NCBI GenBank assembly: GCA_965238075.1 | Contig: OZ250173.1 | Span: 672,001-736,000, forward strand | Direction of reading: 5' to 3' | Source of the DNA: Candidatus Entotheonellaceae bacterium | GTDB taxonomy: Bacteria > Tectomicrobia > Entotheonellia > Entotheonellales > Entotheonellaceae | Length of the DNA stretch: 64,000 nucleotides | In this document: one piece after another, positions 18,754 through 31,277 of the stretch | Position numbering within the stretch: the first letter of the stretch is position 1 | Layout of the letters: each line of letters starts with the position of its first letter | Notes under the pieces: model-generated | What the model saw: the letters and a program-made list of their open reading frames with translations, nothing else | What the model was told of the DNA's origin: nothing | Databases searched by the model: none | Made by a program: the position numbers and the translations under genes

Positions 18754-19354
18754 CGTGGGCAAGCGGGGGGCTTCCGGGCGCCTGCTTGGCCCCGTGCGCG
18801 GCACCGGGCCAAGCGGTTCCCGCCGGTCTCCCCAACGATACCCTGCTTGAGGCGGCAGCGCCGAGCGGCTGCAGCGGCACACCCTCGTCCCTGCAGCCGG
18901 CTGCGGGTGCGGTGTTTCTTACCGTCGTCTTCCCATTCCGCGACTATCCGCTGTTGCATCTCCTTGAGCCTTCCGACCCACCCGATTCTATGAGGACTTC
19001 TAAAGAGTCGCCTAAGCTGGAGGCTAGGAACTTGGCTCGCCTTGCGCAACCCTCTAGGCGGAGGCGATGACGGCGCGCCTCTCGTACGGACCGGCACGGG
19101 GGTCACCCACGGCTCGCGGGCAACGCCTCAGAAGGGAAGCGACAGTCGCGCCAAAACCCCTAGATCGACCGGACCCGTTTGGGCCTCCCGCCTTATTGTC
19201 TCCAATGCCAACAAAATGCCAACAACAATGGCAGTGCCTGTCGCGAGCTCGTCGGCAGGGTCCAAGCGGTGCCCAGGGCCAACTCCCGACCCCGCCCGTC
19301 CCAGCGCAACCGGCTGCACGGCGGCAGCAGACCCGGTAAACCCAGCGCCTGCAG

Positions 19355-19715
19355 GCCACCTCACTCTCCATCCGGCACTGGGAGCCCATCCCCATCGCCT
19401 ACATCCCCGCCGGGCGCATGACGGTATCCGCGTTGTCCCACAGCGTCATGCGACCACCGCCGTCCTGGTCCAGCGAGGACGTCACCGACGCCCTGAACCC
19501 GCGCTGCTTCTCACCCGGGTCCCAGCTCGCCTGCACGCCCACTCCCCATTCCCGGTAGTTGCTCTCATGTGCACCACCAGCACCCGGCCGTGCAGCGCCA
19601 CGTCTAGTCCACTGTTCGCATCCAGGTACCCAGACGGAAACCGGGTCTCCACCCCAGCGCCCCCGTCGAAACGCCCGCCGGCCTCCGCACGCGCAGGGAT
19701 GACCGCGACTTGTGT
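19355..19715 (-). pseudogene. Remnant of an autotransporter-like C-terminal beta-barrel
   Basis: Hand translation: EAGGRFDGG..GVE...GYLDANSGLDVALHGRVLVVH / ESNYREWGVGVQASWDPGEKQRGFRASVTSS...LWDNAD...*...RMESEVA, with a frameshift and a stop. Confidence 0.5.
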
Positions 19716-19725
19716 CAGCCTTTCC

Positions 19726-20589
19726 CTAGCGCAGATACGAATCCTGCCAGCCGGAATAGGCATCCTGCCGGAGCGCCGTCGCCAGCACGTCGCCCGCGGC
19801 GACCGGGGTTTTAAGATCGGCGGGGGCGCCGCCGGCCTTGAGGTGCTTGAGCACGTCGTACACGGCTTGCGCGGCGGCGTAGAACGGGGCGTGGCCTTGC
19901 AGGGCGATGCGCACGCGGCGGGGGTTCAGGAAAGGCAGGTCGGACCACAGCGCCGCCGGGCTGCCGCCCAGCATTAGCGGCAGGGACGTGGCGGCGTGAA
20001 TGGCCTCGATTTCCGCGCGTTCGCGGGCGCCGACGATGAAAAAGGCGTCGACGCCAGTGGCCTGATAGGCTTGCAAGCGGCGGACGGCTTCGTCGATGCC
20101 GCCGTGACGCAGGGCGCTGGTGCGGCCGATGATGACCAGCGACGGATCCTGGCGCGCCGCCACCGCCGCCCGCAGCTTACCAAGCATCTCGGGGATGCTG
20201 ATCAGCCCCTCCCCCTCGCCGCCAAACGCGGTCGGTAGCAAGGTGTCCTCGATGGTCAGGGCTGCCACCCCGGCCGTTTCCAACTCCTCGACTGTACGCA
20301 TGACGTTCAGGGCGTTTCCGTAGCCGTGATCGGCGTCGACCATCAGGCTGAGCGAGCTGGCGCGCGTGATGCGGCGGATTTGCTCGGCGAACTCGGTCAG
20401 GGTGAGCACAACGAGGTCCGGCGCCCCCAGCACCGTGGCCGAGGCGATGGAGCCCGCCAGCATGCCCACGTCGTAGCCGAGCGATTCGGCCAGACGGGCC
20501 GACATGGGATCGAATACCGAAGCCGGGTAGACACAGGCGTCCCCCGCCAATACCCGCCGATAACGTGCGCGGCGTTCGGACAGCAACAT
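19726..20589 (-). CDS. Isocitrate lyase/PEP mutase superfamily enzyme, oxaloacetate-decarboxylase-like
   Basis: ASVFDPMSAR, APDL, VDADHGYGNALNVMRTV, TIEDT; lacks the KKCGH loop of ICL/PrpB. Confidence 0.82.
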   Translation of the reverse strand: MLLSERRARYRRVLAGDACVYPASVFDPMSARLAESLGYDVGMLAGSIASATVLGAPDLVVLTLTEFAEQIRRITRASSLSLMVDADHGYGNALNVMRTVEELETAGVAALTIEDTLLPTAFGGEGEGLISIPEMLGKLRAAVAARQDPSLVIIGRTSALRHGGIDEAVRRLQAYQATGVDAFFIVGARERAEIEAIHAATSLPLMLGGSPAALWSDLPFLNPRRVRIALQGHAPFYAAAQAVYDVLKHLKAGGAPADLKTPVAAGDVLATALRQDAYSGWQDSYLR

Positions 20590-20610
20590 GGATGGTTTCC
20601 TTTCCGGCCG

Positions 20611-20874
20611 CTAGCTTTGGGCCTGCTTCAGTACCTGTTTCGCCTGTTCTTCCGTCAGGCGGCTCATCTTGGTGGTCAATCGCTCCAACTCTTCCGGCTC
20701 GACCTCGGCGTCCAGCCAGGCATCCAGCACCGACTTGCGGATGCGCCAGAGTCCGTCGGTCTGCTCCCCGGCAACCTCCCCCGATTCGAGCATTTCGTAG
20801 ATCGCCTCAAGCTTCAACCCGGCATAATCGGCGGCTTGCCAGGGGGCCAGAAATGCTTCCCGTGATACGCGCAT
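20611..20874 (-). CDS. Small excisionase-like helix-turn-helix DNA-binding protein
   Basis: QAADYAGLKLEAIYEMLESGEVAG...WRIRKSVLDAWL; AAGGA RBS. Confidence 0.7.
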   Translation of the reverse strand: MRVSREAFLAPWQAADYAGLKLEAIYEMLESGEVAGEQTDGLWRIRKSVLDAWLDAEVEPEELERLTTKMSRLTEEQAKQVLKQAQS

Positions 20875-20954
20875 GCGGTATTCCTTATGAGGTTGTGGGT
20901 ATGATCCGACGCCGCAACGCAGCCGCTGCGACGCGGCGGGATTGTAGCACAGCG

Positions 20955-22343
20955 TCACGCCTCGTTCGGCCCGGGCGGTGCGGTGTGGCTGAGGGTGGCC
21001 AGGCATTCAACGTGGTAGGTCTGCGGAAACATGTCCAGCGGCTGCACGCTCTCGGTACGGTAGCCGAGGCCGGCCAGCAAGCGCAGGTCGCGGGCGAGCG
21101 TCGGGGGGCTGCACGAGACGTAGGCGAGCCGCGGAACGCGCATCTTGGCGAGGGCTTCGAGAGCTTGCGGTCGGCAGCCGGCGCGCGGCGGGTCAAGCAC
21201 GGCGACGCGGGCGCGGATGCCTTGGGCCAGATACCGGTACAGAATGCGCTCCACCTTGCCGGTGCGAAATTCGCAATTGGCGATGCCAAGCGTGGCCGCC
21301 TGCCGGGCGGCGAGAAGCGTTGCTTGGCGGTTGATCTCGACGGCGTGTACCACCGCACAGTGCGGCGCCAGGGTCAACGCGATAGAGCCGCCGCCGCTGT
21401 AGAGGTCGAGGACGATGTCATCAGGCTGCAGTCGCGCGGCGGTGCGCACCAAGCCATATAACCGTTCGGTCTGCGCGCTGTTGACCTGGAAAAAGGCTTC
21501 CGGTTCGATATGAAACCGTAGGTCGCCGATGCGTTCGTGAATGACGGCGCTACCGGCAAGGCGGGTTGTGATGCCGTCGAACACGGCCGGCGTCGTTGTC
21601 GCTTTGCGGTGCATCAGTAAGCCGGCAGCCAGGTCGCGCAGGCTTTCCCAAAGTTGGTGCTGCACCTGCGCCGGTATCTCACGTCGCACGATAACCGTTA
21701 CCAGCACCTCCCCAGTGCGCTGGCCGACCTGCACCTGGACTTGATGCAACACACGCCGCAACGCCGGCTCCCGACCCGCCAAACCGCGCACCCGCGCCAT
21801 CACCGCGTCGATTCGTGCGTCGCTGATGCGGCACTGCGGCACGTCGAGCACGGCAGATTTGCCGCGTTCGATCAGTCCGAGGGCGTTGCTGGCCGCGTCG
21901 AAATGGTAAAGGGCCTTGTTGCGGTACCCAAACGGTTGCGGACTCGCCAACGTCGGCAAAACGGGAACTTCGGGCAACTTGCCAATGCGCGTCAGGCAAT
22001 CGCGCACCTGCTGGGTCTTGTTGTCCAGCTGATCGTCGTACCCGAGATGCTGCAGGTGGCAGCCGCCACAGCGTTCGTATAGGGGACACGGCGCCGGCAC
22101 CCGCAGCGGCGACGCCTTCCGCAGTGCCAGAAGTTCCGCAAAGGCGTGGCGCTTGCGCCGCTCGGTGAGGCGAACGTCAACCACGTCGCCCGGCAGGGTG
22201 CGCGGCACGAACACGGCGAGCCCGTCGAGGTGTCCAATCCCTTGTCCGCCGTGCGCCAAGCGGGTAATCTCCAGGGTGCCCTCGATTGGCTCAGCAGGCG
22301 GCAGGTCAGTCGTCGTGCGTGATCGTTGGCGGCGGCGCGGCAT
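20955..22343 (-). CDS. rlmD: 23S rRNA (uracil-5)-methyltransferase RlmD
   Basis: TRAM domain, CPLYERCGGC, YRNK, FFQVN, DLYSGGG, LDPPRAG, YVSC, DMFPQTYHVE. Confidence 0.9.
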   Translation of the reverse strand: MPRRRQRSRTTTDLPPAEPIEGTLEITRLAHGGQGIGHLDGLAVFVPRTLPGDVVDVRLTERRKRHAFAELLALRKASPLRVPAPCPLYERCGGCHLQHLGYDDQLDNKTQQVRDCLTRIGKLPEVPVLPTLASPQPFGYRNKALYHFDAASNALGLIERGKSAVLDVPQCRISDARIDAVMARVRGLAGREPALRRVLHQVQVQVGQRTGEVLVTVIVRREIPAQVQHQLWESLRDLAAGLLMHRKATTTPAVFDGITTRLAGSAVIHERIGDLRFHIEPEAFFQVNSAQTERLYGLVRTAARLQPDDIVLDLYSGGGSIALTLAPHCAVVHAVEINRQATLLAARQAATLGIANCEFRTGKVERILYRYLAQGIRARVAVLDPPRAGCRPQALEALAKMRVPRLAYVSCSPPTLARDLRLLAGLGYRTESVQPLDMFPQTYHVECLATLSHTAPPGPNEA

Positions 22344-22375
22344 GACAGACCTCAATGAAGGAAGGATGATCGGCA

Positions 22376-23035
22376 ATGTGGCCAGCGGTTCTCACCGTGT
22401 CGACGTTTGCCATTGCAATGGCGCACGTCGAAACCATGATCGTTGTCTACCTGCGGCGCCTGTATTACCCGGAGGGCTTCAGCTTTCCGCTGGTCATCAT
22501 CGACACGCCGACCCTGCTACTGGAACTCGAACGCGAAGCCGCCACCCTCGTCATGCTGGCCGCCTACGGCTTCGCCGCGGGGCGAACCAAAGCGGGCAAA
22601 CTGGCCAATTTCATCATCGCGTTCGGCGTCTGGGACATCTTCTACTACGTGTGGCTTAAGGTGGTGCTCAACTGGCCGGCCTCGCTGCTCACCTGGGACG
22701 TGCTCTTCCTCATCCCGGTGCCGTGGGCGGGGCCGGTCATCGCCCCGATCAGCGTCGCCTGCACCATGATCGGCATGGGGCTGGTGCTGCTGCATCTGGA
22801 ACAACGCGGCGCCGTGCCAGCAGCGGGGAAGCGCGTCTGGACAGCCCAGATGGCCGCGTGTCTCATCATCATCGCCTCATTTACGCTCGACGTGCTGCCG
22901 CGACTGCCGGACCACGGCGCCCTGCTGAGCGAATGGATTCCCACGACTTATCGCTGGTGGATGCTGGCGCTCGGTCAGGCGTTGGCCATTGCGACGTTTG
23001 CGGCGTGGGCGCGACGGGCGTATACGACGCTGTAG
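22376..23035 (+). CDS. Conserved hypothetical integral membrane protein
   Basis: ~6 TM segments; EREAATLVML, FGVWDIFYYVWL, WDVLFLIPVPW..PV.AP. Confidence 0.7.
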   Translation: MWPAVLTVSTFAIAMAHVETMIVVYLRRLYYPEGFSFPLVIIDTPTLLLELEREAATLVMLAAYGFAAGRTKAGKLANFIIAFGVWDIFYYVWLKVVLNWPASLLTWDVLFLIPVPWAGPVIAPISVACTMIGMGLVLLHLEQRGAVPAAGKRVWTAQMAACLIIIASFTLDVLPRLPDHGALLSEWIPTTYRWWMLALGQALAIATFAAWARRAYTTL

Positions 23036-23054
23036 GTTGACGCCGCCAAGGACG

Positions 23055-23152
23055 AGGGGCGCCCACGAGGGGCGCCCCTACGACGGTGGATGCTGGCGCT
23101 CGGCCAGGCGTTGAATGAAGGCGGCCTGTAGGGGCGGGCCTGGTGCCCGCCC
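23055..23152. repeat. Two GTAG-type REP palindromes arranged head-to-head
   Basis: Minus-strand gtaggggcgcccctcgtgggcgcccct (23055-23081) and plus-strand gtaggggcgggcctggtgcccgccc (23128-23152). Confidence 0.7.
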
Positions 23153-23178
23153 TGCGGGTGTCCGGCGCACGCGGCGGG

Positions 23179-25023
<1,845 letters not shown>

Positions 25024-25033
25024 GGGGCGTCTC

Positions 25034-27040
<2,007 letters not shown>

Positions 27041-27079
27041 GGCGGTCTCGGGGCAACGGATGGGAACGCCGGAATCGGC

Positions 27080-27212
27080 GGGCGGGTTTGAGACCCGCCC
27101 CTACTGGCCCGGTCTCAGCCCAGGAGAGAGGGTAGGTCGGATTAGCGCAGCGTCATCCGACAATTCGGCTGGATCCGGGGTCCCTGGATTCCGGGTCAAG
27201 CCCGGAATGACG
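27080..27212. repeat. Cluster of REP-like palindromes (GTAG type 27080-27104; CGTC type 27151-27212)
   Basis: gggcgggtttgagacccgcccctac; cgtcatccg...ctggattccgggtcaagcccggaatgacg. Confidence 0.65.
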
Positions 27213-27243
27213 ATTTGGGGGCTCTGAACAGTCTGTTTTCGGC

Positions 27244-27414
27244 ATCCCCCATGGCCCCCGTTCAAGCCGGAGGCAGGCCGTGCAGGCTATATAGTGGCGA
27301 TGAAAAAGCGTCCCGGCACGGCCGCCCCCCTGACAAGGGGGGTTGGGGGGTTCCCGCCTGCACGGGACAATGGGCACCCACAAAGGGCGCCGCTGCGACG
27401 GTCGGGGGCGTTGC
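27244..27414 (-). repeat. Composite dispersed repeat, copy A (internally shortened)
   Basis: The reverse complement aligns with 33963-34125 and 62156-62366. Confidence 0.75.
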
Positions 27415-29934
27415 TCAGCCCAGTGCCGCCAGCAATTCGCGCTGGCCGCCCAGACGCTGCTCGCGCTCGGCGGCGAAGCGCTGGATACCGGCAAAAATGG
27501 ACTCCGAATCCAGGTGCGCCTCGGCGATGACGTCCGCCTCGGTGCCGCCGGTCAGCCACTGGTTGTCCCAGTCGGAGGTCAGCGAATACGCATCGGTCAT
27601 CGGGCCGGCGTCGCGGACGGACCACATGCGCCGGGTGCCGGTGCTCACCATCATGAGGTCGTAACGCGCCTCGGGCGGCAGCACCGATCGGCGGTAGGCT
27701 TCCGGCTGGCGGTCGAACAGATCCTCGCTCACCGCCGCGATGATCTTGACGTTGACGCCCGCCGCTTCCAGGCGCGGGATGATCTTGACGAGGTTGACGG
27801 TGGAATTGGACCCCTGCGCCACCACATAGCCGTGCCGCGGCTGCCCCGGCGCGAAATCACGGATGACGTACAGGCCCTTAGCCGCCGCCTTGAGGTCGGT
27901 GTCGGCAAACTGGCTGCGGTCGGCGACGGGAAAATCGGGGCGCGCCACTTCAAGAATGATGACGCCGACTTTCGGGTCGCGGGCGGCGATTTCCGCAGCG
28001 GCGAAATAACCCGGCGCCACGTCGTTGTAATCCCAGAAGCTCAGGTGGATGGCCTGGCCGCGTGGGAACAGCTTCCATACCTGGGGCGCAAAGATACCGA
28101 AGTGAGTGCGCGCGTCGGCTGCCGTCTCCGGCCCGGAATGGCCGGCGAGAATATGCAGCACGCCCATGCGGAAGCGGCTGTCCTGGCTCTGCTGGCTCCA
28201 TACCCGAGCGGGCAGATACATGAGCGGTGTGAAGGCGCCGTACGTGCCGCTCAGCGCCCAAAGACCGGCGAATTGGTGCGGGTCCAGACTCGCACTCTGG
28301 CTCACCAGCCCGATGGCCGACGAGGCGTTGCCGGCCTCCTGGATCGGTGCCTTGAAGCGGGTGCCCAACGGGTTGTCGGCGGCGTGGTAATGGCCCCACA
28401 GACTGCCGTGCTCGACGTTGATCGACTCCGACAAGTCGGCGGCCAGGGTGATGAAGCGGTTGTCAGTCACGTAGTTGACCCACTTGATGATCTCCGAAAT
28501 CCCCCGCCGCGTGCCGGCCACCTCGCCCGCCTCGCGGAACAGCCGGATGCCCACTTCTTTCTCGGCCTTGGACAGCGGGTTGTGCACCGTGACGGTCTGC
28601 GGCTCGACCGGCAGGTTGCGGACCTGCAGGCGGTCGTCCAGGAAGGGGTCGCGTTTCGTGTCGATGCGCGTCGGCGTGTCGTCGCGCACCGAATCGCCGA
28701 TTTCCGCCAGGCGGTCGGCGAGCCAGCCGCCCAGGCCGTTGCGCTCCAGTACCGACATCACCACGTCGATATTGGTCTTGAACTGGATCAGCCGCTCCCG
28801 CGTGTCGCTCACCGCACCGTCCCGGATGCCCTGGAACTCGACGCCGTAGTACTTCTCGAAGGTCTCGGCAAGGGCGACAAAGTACTCACTGTTCATCTTC
28901 ATGGCGTAGGGATGGCTGGCGTAGCTGACCAACTGATCGCCGTAGCCGGGAATCTTGCCCTGCACCGCCGCCGGCCAGTAGCCCTTGACCGTTCTGCCGA
29001 GCACGATCATCGGGCGGCGGTCGCTGGCGTCCCAGTCCTCCATGGTCTTCAGGGCGGCGAGAACCTGGTCGTAGTCGTTACCGTCGTCCAGCGCGAAGAC
29101 GTTCCAGCCGTAGGACGTCCACTGACCCTCGATTTCGTAGCGGTCGAACTTGGCGTCGATGACGCCGCCGATCAGGGTGTCGTCGATGCCGGCGTTGTTC
29201 AGCGACAGCAGGACGCGCAGGCGCTTGCCGACCTGCATGGCCACGGCCTGGGTTTTGAGTTCCTGGGCGTGCCCCTCGGTCATGGCGAATTCGCCCTCGA
29301 GGCTCAGAATCTTCAAGCTGTCCGGCGCGCCGATGAAGTTCCAGAAGGCCGCCTTGCCCGCCGCGGTGGCGATGCCGATACCGGACGGGCCGCCGTTGAC
29401 GTCGTTGGTCACGTCGGTGGTTTCGGCGTGTCCGGCCAGGGCGCGAATACCGCGCAGGTTGGCTTGCGCGAAGAGCGGGTGGCTGTCGAGGTCATTGTCC
29501 TTCAGGAGGGTCGCCAGGGCGCCGGCGCCGCGCCGAAACCCGAGGGCGTCAATCGGCAGGATGGCGTCGTTCGGGTCCACGCGGTAGCGGGCGTCGCCGG
29601 TGGCGGCGTGCTTGCGGCTGAGCGCCTCGCCCATGATCATCCACAAGGCGTAGGAGGTGGGGACGTTGTGCCCGCCGGCCAGCATGAATTTGTCGCAGAA
29701 TGGGTGCTTGGGGCGGCGGTAATCGTACCGCAAGCCGCCCAGGTCCGCCCCGGCAAGGTGCAGCGCGACGTTGTACGGCGTGTAGGCCAGCGGCCCGCCA
29801 AAATGCCCCGTCTGGGCGTAGTTGCCCATCATCACCAGGGTCATGCAGGTCATGAAACCGACATCGTCAAAACGCTCGCGGTCGTACGCCGCGGCCAGTG
29901 GCTTGACGGGTGACAGTAAGGTTGTCGTACTCAT
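27415..29934 (-). CDS. Divergent transketolase-like ThDP enzyme (839 aa)
   Basis: GHFGG, AGGH, LAGHAE, GPSGIG, ...NN, GRTVKG, ADLSES, IQEAG, GHSG.ETAADARTH, C-terminal transketolase domain. Confidence 0.78.
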   Translation of the reverse strand: MSTTTLLSPVKPLAAAYDRERFDDVGFMTCMTLVMMGNYAQTGHFGGPLAYTPYNVALHLAGADLGGLRYDYRRPKHPFCDKFMLAGGHNVPTSYALWMIMGEALSRKHAATGDARYRVDPNDAILPIDALGFRRGAGALATLLKDNDLDSHPLFAQANLRGIRALAGHAETTDVTNDVNGGPSGIGIATAAGKAAFWNFIGAPDSLKILSLEGEFAMTEGHAQELKTQAVAMQVGKRLRVLLSLNNAGIDDTLIGGVIDAKFDRYEIEGQWTSYGWNVFALDDGNDYDQVLAALKTMEDWDASDRRPMIVLGRTVKGYWPAAVQGKIPGYGDQLVSYASHPYAMKMNSEYFVALAETFEKYYGVEFQGIRDGAVSDTRERLIQFKTNIDVVMSVLERNGLGGWLADRLAEIGDSVRDDTPTRIDTKRDPFLDDRLQVRNLPVEPQTVTVHNPLSKAEKEVGIRLFREAGEVAGTRRGISEIIKWVNYVTDNRFITLAADLSESINVEHGSLWGHYHAADNPLGTRFKAPIQEAGNASSAIGLVSQSASLDPHQFAGLWALSGTYGAFTPLMYLPARVWSQQSQDSRFRMGVLHILAGHSGPETAADARTHFGIFAPQVWKLFPRGQAIHLSFWDYNDVAPGYFAAAEIAARDPKVGVIILEVARPDFPVADRSQFADTDLKAAAKGLYVIRDFAPGQPRHGYVVAQGSNSTVNLVKIIPRLEAAGVNVKIIAAVSEDLFDRQPEAYRRSVLPPEARYDLMMVSTGTRRMWSVRDAGPMTDAYSLTSDWDNQWLTGGTEADVIAEAHLDSESIFAGIQRFAAEREQRLGGQRELLAALG

Positions 29935-30099
29935 AGCTGATCCCTACCCCTCCTGAATTTGGTGTGTCTCATCCTGCACCCCTGCGGGCCTCGCCGGCGG
30001 CCTTGCGCGGATGATAGAAACCGGAAGTGCTTACCATAACATAGGCCATTGGGCTTGGGTAGTCGCCCGGCCAAGGCCCCGCGCGCCGACGCATGCCGG

Positions 30100-31083
30100 C
30101 TACAAAACCGGTTCGCGCAGTTCCGGGATAACCCACATGGGCTGCCGGCCGGCGGCGACCCGCTGGATGTTGTCGAAGCCGTTACGGAACGCCTTGGTCC
30201 AGTTTTCCAGGGTCGGGCCGGCGGTGTGCGGCGTGAAGGTGACGTTGTCCAAGGCGAACAGTGGGTGATTGGTGGGCGGCGGCTCTTCCACCAATACGTC
30301 GAGGCCGGCGGCGGCAATCTGGCCGCTGGTCAGGGCGTGGTGCAGCGCCTCCTCGTCCACCACGGGGCCGCGGCAGGTATTGATGAAAATGGCGTCGTTC
30401 TTCATGGTGGCGAATTCGCGGGCGCCCATCATGTTGCGGGTCTCCTCGTTCAGCGGCATGTGCAGGCTGACCACGTCCGAGGTGCGCAGCAGTTCGGGGA
30501 AGAGCACGTAGCGCACACCAAGGGCGTCTGCCTGGTCCTCGCTGAGACGGAAGGCATCATAGTACTGCACCCGCATGTCGAAAGCCTGGGCGCGGCGCGC
30601 CACCTTCTTGCCGATGGTGCCCAAGCCGACGATGCCAAGCGTCTTGCCGGCCAACTCGTAGATGCGCAGGTCGGCGAAATCCCCCACCCGCCACTTGCCG
30701 TTGACGACGTTGTTGTGGTCGCGGACGACCTGTTTGTACACCGCGAGGATAAGCATCAGGGTGTGCTCGGCAACGGCCACCGAATTTGAGCCGCCGTTAT
30801 TGGCCACCGGCACGCGCGCCTGCCGGGCAGCATCCACGTCGAGGCGGTCGTAACCGGCGCTGATGAGCTGCACGAGCTTCAGATTGGGCGCCGTGTCGTA
30901 AAACGTCTGTCCCATGTGCTCGCGCGGAAGTCCCATGAAATAGTCGGCGTCCTGAATGGCCTGTGCAAAGTTGGGGTCGTCCTGGGCGACGACCTGGAAG
31001 TCGAAATCGGCTGGCGCCATGGCGTGCGCGACATCCATGATCGAGGGCGGGAATGGGGGAGAAAAGACGATTTTGTTTGCCAC
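30100..31083 (-). CDS. D-isomer-specific 2-hydroxyacid dehydrogenase
   Basis: VAEH, GIVGLGTIG, SLHMPL, INTCRG, GLDV, TPHTAG; GTG start after GGAG. Confidence 0.9.
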   Translation of the reverse strand: MANKIVFSPPFPPSIMDVAHAMAPADFDFQVVAQDDPNFAQAIQDADYFMGLPREHMGQTFYDTAPNLKLVQLISAGYDRLDVDAARQARVPVANNGGSNSVAVAEHTLMLILAVYKQVVRDHNNVVNGKWRVGDFADLRIYELAGKTLGIVGLGTIGKKVARRAQAFDMRVQYYDAFRLSEDQADALGVRYVLFPELLRTSDVVSLHMPLNEETRNMMGAREFATMKNDAIFINTCRGPVVDEEALHHALTSGQIAAAGLDVLVEEPPPTNHPLFALDNVTFTPHTAGPTLENWTKAFRNGFDNIQRVAAGRQPMWVIPELREPVL

Positions 31084-31277
31084 GGTAATCTCCATACTAG
31101 CGGGGGCAATGAACGAGGCGCGGCGAAGTTGGTGTTGGGCCGTGCGTTTTGCGGTCTCAAATTCCTGTGCGGTGGCCATTATAGCTTCACTCCGATGGCC
31201 CGTGCTATAGTCGCCGCACGCCCTGGGACGCCCCGCCGCGGCGCCCGCAAACGCACCCCATCAAAAGGAGATTTCGC

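Noticed and set aside
13539-18963. Integron cassette array
   Set aside because: No intI and no recognisable attC (RYYYAAC...GTTRRRY) hairpins; the units are paralogues with their own promoters
20611-20874. Prophage excisionase marking a prophage
   Set aside because: No integrase or phage genes; it is flanked by housekeeping genes
27222-27242. SOS box upstream of uvrB (gaacagtctgttttc)
   Set aside because: Spacing fits no LexA consensus I know, and it lies among repeat modules
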